Source: Acidobacteriota bacterium
GTDB lineage: Bacteria; Acidobacteriota; UBA6911; RPQK01; JANQFM01
Direction: 5' to 3'
NCBI GenBank assembly: GCA_041630155.1
Contig: JBFKLX010000002.1
Coordinates: 3,769-67,768, forward strand
Length of the DNA stretch: 64,000 bases
In this document: positions 29,825 to 38,794 of the stretch, one piece after another
Numbering within the stretch: position 1 is the stretch's first letter
Layout of the letters: each line of letters begins with the position of its first letter
Translations under genes and position numbers: made by a program
Notes under the pieces: generated by a model
Seen by the model: only the letters and a program-made list of their open reading frames with translations
Databases searched by the model: none
What the model was told of the DNA's origin: nothing

Positions 29825-31122
29825 GGGCATCCCACACCGCTGGCACAGCCGGCCTCCGCTTCACCGACCCCATTCGGCGCCAGATCGGCGCCCGGAGGAA
29901 AGAGCTGGAATCCGGCTTCAGTCTGATCACCGTTCTCCCCTGGATCGTCCTGCTGGGACTCGTGGCGCTGCTCCTCCATCTGAGGCTGCTGGGGCATCTG
30001 GAATCTCTGCCGGCCTCCGAGCGCCAGCTCTACAGCCTGGTCGTGGCCCACAACGGGATCGAGTACGCCCGCTCCGTGCTGCCACTGCTGGAATTGAACA
30101 GTTTGCTGAAAGGTCAGGATGGACGACACGCCGGAACGAACGTCCCGGAATGGCGCAATCCCCTCCCCTGGAGCAGAGCTCGAACCACCGATCCGGCCCG
30201 GATCCGACTCACCCCCGACGACGGATTGCCGTGGGGCCCACCCGAAATCGAGCTGGGCGCCCACCACCGCCTGGCCGGCAACGGCCACTTCTTCATCCGG
30301 TTCAGCAACAACCCGGAGGAGCCTCCGGATGAAGACCGCGACGGGATCGTGGTGGTTCGCAGTCTGGGTGTGGCAGCGGGCCGGCTGCCGAACCTCTCGC
30401 TGGGGCGCGTCGTGCACAGTACCTCCCTGGTCGAAGCCCGGCTGCGTCAGGAGCGGGTCTTCCAGTCCCCCTCGGCCGTGACTCTCCTGGGCGAGAGCGG
30501 TCGCTTCCAGTGGGAGGGAGAAGACTTCGAAATCCGCGGGGGCGTGCGCGCCGCCATCAGCCTGGTGGCTCCCGGCGTCGGCCCCCAGCTGGAGGGTGAC
30601 CTGGCGGGCTCCCTCTCAGAGGCTCAGCGATCGCGAATCGGAGGCCGACAGATCCGCGCCTGGGCCGACGAAACGGCAGTTTTCAGCGTCCACCCTCATT
30701 GGAAACGGCTCTTCAGCACCCGTTTCTGGGAGCATTTCGAGCAACACCTGCCGGAATTCAGCGAGCCCGCCATTCCCGGCCTGCGATTCCTGCCTGCGGG
30801 CGGCGAGTTGCAAGGCCGGTTTCACGGGGTCCTGGTGGCTCAGGGATCTCTGCGGCTGACGGGAACCGCGCGCGTTCGCGGGCTGGTCGTGCATTTGGGC
30901 GGAGGGATCGTCGCACTGGAAGATGAGGCGCAATTGACGGGTGCACTGTGGATGCGGGCCTCGAACGGGTCCGCCACAGGAGCAGTATCCGGCAGAATTC
31001 GGCTGAGGATCGCCGGAAACGCCAGGATCATCTTCGATTCCCGAGCGATGAGCGAGGCGCTGTGGCTCTTGCCGCCCACCCAGTTGGGCTGGCGGATTCT
31101 CTTTCCGGAAATGGCTCTTTGA
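29821..31122 (+). CDS. gspK: GspK/PilX-like large minor pseudopilin
   Basis: 'G|FSLITVLPWIVLLGL' is a prepilin-type N-terminus that lacks Glu+5 (Thr instead), the hallmark of GspK. ATGA start/stop overlap with the upstream gene. The first 200 codons of the 29218 track ORF lie in the wrong frame and are excluded. Confidence 0.6.
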   Translation: MRASHTAGTAGLRFTDPIRRQIGARRKELESGFSLITVLPWIVLLGLVALLLHLRLLGHLESLPASERQLYSLVVAHNGIEYARSVLPLLELNSLLKGQDGRHAGTNVPEWRNPLPWSRARTTDPARIRLTPDDGLPWGPPEIELGAHHRLAGNGHFFIRFSNNPEEPPDEDRDGIVVVRSLGVAAGRLPNLSLGRVVHSTSLVEARLRQERVFQSPSAVTLLGESGRFQWEGEDFEIRGGVRAAISLVAPGVGPQLEGDLAGSLSEAQRSRIGGRQIRAWADETAVFSVHPHWKRLFSTRFWEHFEQHLPEFSEPAIPGLRFLPAGGELQGRFHGVLVAQGSLRLTGTARVRGLVVHLGGGIVALEDEAQLTGALWMRASNGSATGAVSGRIRLRIAGNARIIFDSRAMSEALWLLPPTQLGWRILFPEMAL

Positions 31123-31284
31123 CGATCACGCGTCGCGCGCGACGAGGCCGAAAAGGCCACAAGACGCCCCACTGAAGTTCGGCCCTGCAGGCAGGCATGC
31201 CTTGCGCCGAAAGGCCGGGCACTGCGCCGCGGCTGGAAATCTGTGATCACAGCCCGCCATCCAATAGGATATAATCGGCCCATT

Positions 31285-31950
31285 ATGAGGTGGATTCTTC
31301 TGGCAATTCTGGCACTGTCAACCGCGCTCCCGGCCCAGAGCAGCTCCCAGAGCTCCCAGGATGAGAAGCAGCAGCCTTCGCTGGCGGAACTCGCGAAAGC
31401 TGCCCGCGAGCGCAAGCAGAAAGCGGCAGGCGGCACCCGTGTCATCACCAATTCCGACTTGAAGTCGATGCGAGCCAACGTCTCGACGGGCACCATCCCG
31501 ACCCCGGCCACTTCCGACACGGAAGACGTCTCCGAGGAAGCTGGTGAAGGGACCGAAGGCGAAGAAGCTCTGCCTTCGGCGGCTCCGGGCGAGCTCACGG
31601 AAGAGGACTTGGCACGCTGGCGTGAAGCCTTCGGTGAGGCTCGAGAGAATCTGCAGAACGCGGTCAGCGAGAACTTGGTCCTTCAGCTGCGCATGAACAA
31701 TCTCCGCAACGCTTACCTGCGGCAGGCCGACGGCTCCACCCAGGAGCGCATCCAAGCCCAGCTGGAAGAGACAGTGCAGGCCCTGGAACAGAACAAGCAG
31801 GAACAGGAGAACGCCCGGCGGGCCATTTCACGACTGCAGACCGACGCACGGCAATCTGGCCTGACCAACCAGCAAATTGACGAGCTGACGGGCCAGCTCC
31901 CAGAGCCCCCACCCGACGTGCTGAGCCCCGAAAGCACCTCGGGATCGTGA
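31285..31950 (+). CDS. Secreted coiled-coil hypothetical protein
   Basis: Signal peptide 'MRWILLAILALSTALPAQS'. The remainder is Glu/Gln-rich and coiled-coil in composition. Confidence 0.45.
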   Translation: MRWILLAILALSTALPAQSSSQSSQDEKQQPSLAELAKAARERKQKAAGGTRVITNSDLKSMRANVSTGTIPTPATSDTEDVSEEAGEGTEGEEALPSAAPGELTEEDLARWREAFGEARENLQNAVSENLVLQLRMNNLRNAYLRQADGSTQERIQAQLEETVQALEQNKQEQENARRAISRLQTDARQSGLTNQQIDELTGQLPEPPPDVLSPESTSGS

Positions 31951-32159
31951 GCGGCGTCTGACGCCGGGCTCTTGGCGCAACAATTCTCCCCTCTGTGAGA
32001 CCGGGATCGCTGCCGCTGTTGCTCTCCGAGAATCTGTCCCGAGCCGTGCCACAGGGTTTGCTGCCCCTGGCGACCGGTGCGCGCCTGCACCAGGCAAAAC
32101 GACTCGGGTTCGGATGTTTCTGGATTGACTTCACGTCGATCCCGATCTGAACGGATCGA

Positions 32160-35009
32160 GTGTCCACGATGGCGAGCCGGCGGACGGTCTCCAATCGGTT
32201 TTCCTGGTCGATCAGGGCCCTGTTGCCCCTGTGTTTGCTCACACCCGCGCCGGCTGCCGGACAAGCCCCGCCCACTCCGACGCTCGTGACCCCGGTCTTC
32301 CTGGGCGGCTTGAACCGAGATCCTCAACTCGGCCTCCGAGAGAGTGTCGGGCAATCCCGGCCTGGCAGCCTCCTCGTTTCCGAAGTCGACTCGGCCGTCG
32401 GCTGGATCAAGGAGGTTCGAGAACTGGGCTTCTCCCGCCCCCAAAGCCCTTTCGGCCAGGCCAAGCAGCTGCAGTGGACGGGCAGTGCAGAGGCCTCCTT
32501 CTCGTTCCAATTCCGGGGACTCGCTCCGCCCCAACTGGCCCGCCGAGCCAACCGGGGTTTTCTCGTCTTCAATTTGAGAGTCACGAGTGAAACACGGACC
32601 GATTTGCGAGTTGGGATCCGCTGCGCAGGCGTCGTCTTCCATTGCCTCACCGAGGTCACCCTCACCACCGAAGACCTTCCGGCCAGGGAGGTCTGGCAGA
32701 CCTTCCGCATCCCCGTTCACCCGCTCCCCCAGTTCACGGTGAGACCTGGACTCTCCCACGACTCCAAGGAACTTCCCCACCAAGGCGGTCAATCCGTCAT
32801 CTCTTTTCGAACTCGAGGCGCCACTCCGATGACGCTCGAATTGGCCTCGGTCCGGCTGGAAAAGTACGCCTCCGGCTGGAGCTTCGCCGAAAGCCGCGCC
32901 TCCGACCTGCTGCCGGAGATGACACTGGCGGAGAAGGTCGGCCAGATGATCATGGTCACCATCGACGCGTCTCCCGACTTCTTTCCCTCGGCGATGGCTC
33001 AATTCGGCCTGGGCGCGACCTTGATGGGGGGCGGCGCGGTTCCCGTGGACGGGGAACGAAACTCCCTGGATCGCACCGTGGAGTCCTTCGCCGCTTCTTT
33101 CGACGCCTTTCAGCGAGGCGCCCTGGCGACCCGGCTGGCCATTCCCGCGCTGAACGGCTGGGATTCGGTCCATGGCGCCTCCAATTCTTCAGGCACCACC
33201 GTGTTCCCTCATCAAATCGGCCTGGGTGCGACTCGAAATTCCGACCTGGTCCGCCGGATTGGCGAGATCACGGCTCGGGAATCGAGGGCTGGCGGTGCAA
33301 ATCTGGCTTTTTCGCCCGTCCTGGACGTGGCACGCGATCAGCGCTGGGGCAGAACCTACGAGAGTTTCAGTGAGGATCCCGAAATCGTCACTCGAATGAC
33401 CAGCCTCATCGACGGCTTGCAGGGGACGAGCGGGGCTGGGGCTGCGGAAGTCCTGGGCCCCCAGGGCGTTCTGGCTACCGCCAAACACTACCCGGGCGGG
33501 GGCTCGACCGACTTCCAGCTCCCCGATGTCTGCCGAGTGGCCGCCGCGCAGTGCCCCGGTTTTCATCAAATGACAACCCTGGACGGTAGAGACTCGACAC
33601 TCTCCGAACAGGATCTGCGAGCCATCCACCTGCAGCCTTTTCAGGAGGCGGTCCGCCGCGCAGTCGGGCTCGTCATGGTTGGCTACAGCGGCTGGAACGG
33701 CCTGGAAGCCCACGCTCACCGCTTCTTGATCACCGACCTGCTGAAAGGGGAACTGGGCTTCCAGGGGGTCGTGCTCTCGGACTGGGACGGCGACGGCGAA
33801 GTCGACCCGGCCAGCCCGCGTGACGGAGCGATCGAAGTAGTCGAGGCCGGGATCGACCTGCTCATGTTGCCCTTCCTCGAGGAGGTCTCGGGCGTGACCC
33901 AGGCCCTCATGACCCAGGTGCCGGAAACCAGAATCGACGACGCCGTCCATCGCATCTTGCAGGCCAAATTCCGCGCCGGCCTGTTCGACATCCCCTTCTC
34001 GCAGCCGGGACTTCGCAGCACTGCCCGATCCGAGGGGCACCTGCAGACGGCCCGTCAGGCCGTTCGGGAGTCACTGGTTCTGTTGAAGAACGACGCAGCC
34101 ACCCTGCCCCTGGCCCCCTCCCGAAAGATCTACCTGGCGGGAAAGGCCGCCGACAACCTGGGAATTCTGCTGGGAGGGTGGAGTCTCACCTGGCAGGGCG
34201 TGATCGACCCGGAAGACCAACGACGCCCCACAGGAACCACCATCCGCCAAGGCCTGGAGCGACTCCTGGGTGCGGACGATGTGATCTTCAGCCCGGACGG
34301 ATCGCTGCCCCTGGCCGGCGCTGAGGCGGGAATCGTGGTGGTGGGCGAGTATCCCTATGCAGAAGGCTGCGGGGATATCGAGAACCGGGTCTGGTGGTGT
34401 CCCTTCGCCAAGCCTCCGCCCACGCCCGGGAGCGTTGTGGTGACCGAGACCAGACCGCCGGGATTCGAGGCAGGTCTGTCGACGCTGCTGCCGCCGTCAC
34501 ACTCCATGAGCCTGGAAACGGACCGGTTCACTCACGTCTTTCCTTCCGGCGTCTTTGCCTCCAGCCCCGTCGAAGCCGACTACCTGATCGACCCCGACTC
34601 GGATTCCCGGCTGGTGGACCGGGTCTGTTCCGCGGTGCATGCAGCCGGAAACCCGTGTGTGGTGATCCTGGTCTCGGGGCGGCCCCTGTTCGTCGACCAG
34701 GAAATCGCGCAGGCGGACGCCTTCGTCGCGGCCTGGCTACCCGGTTCGGAGGGGGGAGACGGCATTGCCCAACTTTTGCTCCAGGACTGCGAGGGCGAGG
34801 TCGCGGCCGGTGACTGTGACTTCACCGGGACACTTTCCCACACCTGGCCCGCCCGCCCGGAGGGATCGGACTCCCCTGCCCTGGACTATCGCCCCCAGAA
34901 CATTTTCGTGGGCCAAAACGGCAGCCTGGACCGGGTTCTCGAGGTCAACGGCCAGCCCCTCCTGGTCGGATACGGGCTCAGCTACGACGGCCCGATCCGG
35001 AGGGATTGA
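32160..35009 (+). CDS. Secreted glycoside hydrolase family 3 protein with a roughly 260-aa N-terminal domain of unknown function
   Basis: Signal peptide. The GH3 N-domain motifs 'LAEKVGQM', 'FPHQIGLGATRN', 'LDVARDQRWGRTYESFSEDP' and 'VVLSDWDGDG' begin about 270 aa into the protein. A GH3 C-domain follows. Confidence 0.8.
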   Translation: MSTMASRRTVSNRFSWSIRALLPLCLLTPAPAAGQAPPTPTLVTPVFLGGLNRDPQLGLRESVGQSRPGSLLVSEVDSAVGWIKEVRELGFSRPQSPFGQAKQLQWTGSAEASFSFQFRGLAPPQLARRANRGFLVFNLRVTSETRTDLRVGIRCAGVVFHCLTEVTLTTEDLPAREVWQTFRIPVHPLPQFTVRPGLSHDSKELPHQGGQSVISFRTRGATPMTLELASVRLEKYASGWSFAESRASDLLPEMTLAEKVGQMIMVTIDASPDFFPSAMAQFGLGATLMGGGAVPVDGERNSLDRTVESFAASFDAFQRGALATRLAIPALNGWDSVHGASNSSGTTVFPHQIGLGATRNSDLVRRIGEITARESRAGGANLAFSPVLDVARDQRWGRTYESFSEDPEIVTRMTSLIDGLQGTSGAGAAEVLGPQGVLATAKHYPGGGSTDFQLPDVCRVAAAQCPGFHQMTTLDGRDSTLSEQDLRAIHLQPFQEAVRRAVGLVMVGYSGWNGLEAHAHRFLITDLLKGELGFQGVVLSDWDGDGEVDPASPRDGAIEVVEAGIDLLMLPFLEEVSGVTQALMTQVPETRIDDAVHRILQAKFRAGLFDIPFSQPGLRSTARSEGHLQTARQAVRESLVLLKNDAATLPLAPSRKIYLAGKAADNLGILLGGWSLTWQGVIDPEDQRRPTGTTIRQGLERLLGADDVIFSPDGSLPLAGAEAGIVVVGEYPYAEGCGDIENRVWWCPFAKPPPTPGSVVVTETRPPGFEAGLSTLLPPSHSMSLETDRFTHVFPSGVFASSPVEADYLIDPDSDSRLVDRVCSAVHAAGNPCVVILVSGRPLFVDQEIAQADAFVAAWLPGSEGGDGIAQLLLQDCEGEVAAGDCDFTGTLSHTWPARPEGSDSPALDYRPQNIFVGQNGSLDRVLEVNGQPLLVGYGLSYDGPIRRD

Positions 35010-35362
35010 GTTCGAGTGTCCCCGTCGGCGCGCGGTTCCCCGCGAAGAGTGGCGTCAGTTGCCGGTTTTTTGCGTCTTCCGAGGCGCCCATCGGTATGAA
35101 TCTTGCAACTAAGTTTTTTAGAGCTCGGCCGCCCGGGCGAGCCGTCCTCTCCGTTGCCGCCGCCGGTTGCCCGGTGAGACTGGGAGCCCGTTCGAGAAAG
35201 GCCGGCCTGAGCTCCCATCGTGGGGAATCGCCCTCGCGGTTGGTCTTACGGGTGAATCCACCCGTAATTGGTCGAGTTGGCCCACGACGCATCGGGCCAA
35301 CTCGGCCCTCGAAGCACCGTGGCTGCCAGCCGCGAGCGAACGATCTGGAACCGAGAACGACC

Positions 35363-35941
35363 ATGCTCGAGATTCGCTTTCATGGCCGAGGGGGACAAGG
35401 GACGGTCGTGGCTTCAGAGATTCTGGCCGTGGCCCTCTTCCAGGAAGGCAAATTCGTACAAGCTTTTCCCGCCTTCGGAGTGGAGCGGCGGGGCGCTCCG
35501 GTGGCCGCTTTTCTCCGTTGTGACGAGCGCCCGATTCGCCTGCGCTGTCAGATTGAAAGTCCCCATCACGTCGTGGTCCTGGACCCCACCTTGATCCGGG
35601 CAGTCGACGTCACGGCGGGACTCCAGCCCGGCGGGAGCTTGTTGATCAACAGCGAATGCCCTCCGGAGAGCTTCGAGGAGTTCCGGGCCGGAGGCTGGCA
35701 GGTCGCCACCGTGAACGCTTCCGGACTGGCGCTCCGGCATCACCTGGGGGCGCGAACACACCCGATTGTCAACACAGCGATCCTGGGGTCTTTTTCCCGG
35801 GTCACCGGAATGGTCGGTTTGAACTCCATCCTGGAGGCGATCGCCAGCGAAGTTCCCCTGCAGCCCGAGGACAACGTCGCAGCTGCACGCGAGGCCTACC
35901 AGGAGGTGCTTTTCGAAGCCGCCCCTGTTTCAGGAGGGTGA
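35363..35941 (+). CDS. porG: 2-oxoacid:ferredoxin oxidoreductase gamma subunit
   Basis: 'HGRGGQG' gamma-subunit motif. About 190 aa. It sits immediately upstream of the delta, alpha and beta subunits. The start is placed at the MLEIRF methionine (residue 120 of the track ORF). Confidence 0.8.
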   Translation: MLEIRFHGRGGQGTVVASEILAVALFQEGKFVQAFPAFGVERRGAPVAAFLRCDERPIRLRCQIESPHHVVVLDPTLIRAVDVTAGLQPGGSLLINSECPPESFEEFRAGGWQVATVNASGLALRHHLGARTHPIVNTAILGSFSRVTGMVGLNSILEAIASEVPLQPEDNVAAAREAYQEVLFEAAPVSGG

Positions 35942-35942
35942 C

Positions 35943-37631
35943 GTGAACCGCGAGACTCGTTTCGCCACCGCATCCGATTTGCCGCCCATGGCAGTGTCCA
36001 GGTCCGATACGACCGCCAACAAGACCGGGAGCTGGAGATATCTGCGGCCGGTGATCCGCGAAAAGCTCGCTCCCTGCCGCCATGCCTGTCCCGCTGGGAC
36101 AGATCTTCCGCGGGTCTTGCGGATGATTGGTGAGGGACGATGGAGAGAGGCCCACCAGCTCATTCTCGAGGAGAACCCTCTGCCTGGCGTGTGCGGCCGG
36201 GTCTGTTACCGCCCTTGCGAAACCGCCTGCAACCGCCGCCACTTCGACGAAGCCGCCTCGATCCAGGCTCTGGAGCGCTTCGTCGCCGACGTCTGTTTCG
36301 ACCTGCCGCCGGAGGCGGCCCAGCCCCAACGCAGGAAAGAGCGTATCGCCATAATCGGCACTGGACCCGCCGGGCTTTCGTGCGCCTATTTTCTGGCCCG
36401 CGAAGGGTTTCCAGTCACCATGATCGAAGCAGCATCGAAACCCGGGGGCATGCTCCGCACGGGAATTCCACGATACCGGCTGCCGCGCCGCGTCCTGGAT
36501 CGTGAAATCGGGAACATTGCCCGGCTCGGCGTCCAGATCCTGCTCGACTGCCGAGTGGGGGAACAGGTCACCCTGCAACAGCTCCAACAGGCCTTCGAGG
36601 CAATCTTCGTGGCCACGGGAGCCCACCGCAGCGTCAGTCTTGATCTCCCCGGGGGAAACCGGGCCAAAATCATGCCGGGGCTGGAGTTTTTGAAGCTGGT
36701 CAACGCCGGCCAGCCTCCCGAAATCGGCAAAGAAGTCCTCGTCATCGGCGGCGGCAATACCGCCATGGACGCCGCCCGCGCGGCCTTACGCCTGCGGAGC
36801 CGGCCGCTGGTCGCTTACCGTCGCAGCAGGGCCGAAATGCCCGCAGTTCCGGACGAGGTCGAGCAAGCCGAAAGCGAAGGCGTCGCGTTCCAGTTTCTGG
36901 CCTCGCCTCTGAGATTGCGGAAACGAAACGGCCGGATCGAGGTGGAGATGATCCGCATGGAGCTGGGCGAAATGGACAGCTCAGGCCGCCCCCGGCCGGT
37001 TTCGGTCCCGGGCTCCGAGTTCACTTTGATCGTCGATTCAGTTCTCGAGGCGGTGGGGGAAGGCTCTGAGCTGGCCGACCTGGCCCAAGGTCTTCTGGTC
37101 TCTGAGAAAGGCTCGCAGGTGCTCAGTGAGAAAGAGTCGCTGCAGTTTCTCGAAGCGGGAGGCCTGTTGGTCGGAGGGGACGCCGCTACCGGCGCCGGCA
37201 CGGTGGTGGAAGCCATCGCCTCTGGAAAGAGGGCGGCGCGTCAGATCGTGAGCCGCTTCTCACGGGAGCGGGAGGTCGTGCGGCCGGCGGAAGAGCCCGG
37301 CACCGGGATCCCGTTTTCCGACCTTCACCTGGAGACCTTCACCCGCAGCCCCCGCAAAGACCCCCCTCATCGAAGCGTGGCCGAGCGAATCGCGAGATTC
37401 ACCGAGGTGGTTGGACCTCTCGACGCCGCGGCAGCTGTGGCCGAGGCGAGGCGCTGCTTCTCGTGCGGGGTCTGCAATCAATGCGACAACTGCTGGGTGT
37501 TTTGTCCCGAAGGAGCGGTTTCCCGAGGCGCGGACGGCTACCGGCTCAACCTCGACTACTGCAAGGGATGTGGGATCTGCGTGCAGGAATGCCCCGGGGG
37601 GGTGATCTCACTGGTCCAGGAGGGACAATGA
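35943..37631 (+). CDS. Fusion protein: GltD/NfnB-like NAD(P)H:FAD oxidoreductase with C-terminal 2x[4Fe-4S] ferredoxin (POR delta-like) domain
   Basis: Collinear with the glutamate synthase small subunit: 'GVCGRVCYRPCETAC', 'ERIAIIGTGPAGLSCA', 'GGMLRTGIPRYRL', 'VLVIGGGNTAMDAARAA', 'GGDAATGAGTVVEAIASGKRAA'. The C-terminus 'CFSCGVCNQCDNCWVFCP...CKGCGICVQECP' carries two CxxCxxCxxxCP ferredoxin motifs. Confidence 0.8.
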   Translation: MNRETRFATASDLPPMAVSRSDTTANKTGSWRYLRPVIREKLAPCRHACPAGTDLPRVLRMIGEGRWREAHQLILEENPLPGVCGRVCYRPCETACNRRHFDEAASIQALERFVADVCFDLPPEAAQPQRRKERIAIIGTGPAGLSCAYFLAREGFPVTMIEAASKPGGMLRTGIPRYRLPRRVLDREIGNIARLGVQILLDCRVGEQVTLQQLQQAFEAIFVATGAHRSVSLDLPGGNRAKIMPGLEFLKLVNAGQPPEIGKEVLVIGGGNTAMDAARAALRLRSRPLVAYRRSRAEMPAVPDEVEQAESEGVAFQFLASPLRLRKRNGRIEVEMIRMELGEMDSSGRPRPVSVPGSEFTLIVDSVLEAVGEGSELADLAQGLLVSEKGSQVLSEKESLQFLEAGGLLVGGDAATGAGTVVEAIASGKRAARQIVSRFSREREVVRPAEEPGTGIPFSDLHLETFTRSPRKDPPHRSVAERIARFTEVVGPLDAAAAVAEARRCFSCGVCNQCDNCWVFCPEGAVSRGADGYRLNLDYCKGCGICVQECPGGVISLVQEGQ

Positions 37632-38794
37632 CCACGCTATCGGCCCAAGCGAAAGTAATGACGGGGAATCACGCCGTCTCCCACGGCGCCCTGCTGTCGC
37701 GCGTGCAGGTGATCTCTGCCTACCCGATCACACCTCAGACGCAAGTCGTCGAACGGCTGGGCCGTTTCTGCGAAGAGGGTCGGCTGGAAGCCCGGTTCAT
37801 CAGAGTGGAGTCGGAACACTCGGCCATGGCGGCCCTGGTCGGCGCCGCCACAGCCGGCGCGCGAACCTTCACCGCCACCTCTTCGCAAGGCCTCGCCCTG
37901 ATGCACGAGATGCTGCACTGGGCAGCCGGGGCCAGGCTGCCGATCGTGATGGCCAACGTCAACCGCGCCCTCGGCCCTCCCTGGTCGGTCTGGACCGACC
38001 AAAACGACAGCCTCTCACAACGGGACACGGGCTGGATGCAAATCTACTGCGAGAGCAACCAGGAGGTGCTCGACAGCCTGATCCAGGCCTACCGGGTCGC
38101 CGAGAAGGTCTCGCTTCCAGTCATGCTGGTACTGGACGCCTTCGTGCTGTCGCATACTGCCGAGCCGGTCTCACTGCCGAACCAGGAGACGGTGGACTGC
38201 TATCTGCCCCCGTACCAGCCCGAGTGGAAGCTGGACATCGCGGACCCGCGCAGCTTCAGCGGCCTCACGACACCGGACACCTACATGGAATTCCGGTTCA
38301 AGATGCAGGAGGCGATGGAGCGAGCGCTGGAAGAGTTCGAAGCTGCCGATGCCGAGTTCCAGGCGCTGTTCGAACGCCGCTACGGCCTGGTGGAAGCCTA
38401 TCGCTGCGAGGATGCAGAGCTGATTCTGGTGACCTCCAGTACCGCCACCAGCACGGCACGAGTCGTCATCGACGAGTTGCGCGAGCAGGGACGTCCCATC
38501 GGGCTGCTGAAGATCCGGCTCTTTCGCCCCTTCCCGGCCCGGCAGGTCCTCGAGGCCCTGTCCACGGCGCGAAAGGTGGCCGTGCTGGACCGGAACATCG
38601 GCTTCGGAGCCGGCGGGATCTTCGCGCAGGAGGTCAAGGCCGCCCTGTACAACCACCTCCAAATCCCGGTCTTCGGCTTCGTGGCGGGACTTGGGGGCCG
38701 CGACATCACACCCGCCGTCCTGCGGGAGGTGATCGACTACGCGACGGATCATGCCCAGCCGGAAGACCTCGTGTGGATAGGGGGAAAGCCATGA
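37628..38794 (+). CDS. porA: 2-oxoacid:ferredoxin oxidoreductase alpha subunit
   Basis: 'VISAYPITPQT' alpha-subunit signature. About 389 aa. ATGA overlap with the upstream gene. Confidence 0.85.
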   Translation: MTTLSAQAKVMTGNHAVSHGALLSRVQVISAYPITPQTQVVERLGRFCEEGRLEARFIRVESEHSAMAALVGAATAGARTFTATSSQGLALMHEMLHWAAGARLPIVMANVNRALGPPWSVWTDQNDSLSQRDTGWMQIYCESNQEVLDSLIQAYRVAEKVSLPVMLVLDAFVLSHTAEPVSLPNQETVDCYLPPYQPEWKLDIADPRSFSGLTTPDTYMEFRFKMQEAMERALEEFEAADAEFQALFERRYGLVEAYRCEDAELILVTSSTATSTARVVIDELREQGRPIGLLKIRLFRPFPARQVLEALSTARKVAVLDRNIGFGAGGIFAQEVKAALYNHLQIPVFGFVAGLGGRDITPAVLREVIDYATDHAQPEDLVWIGGKP

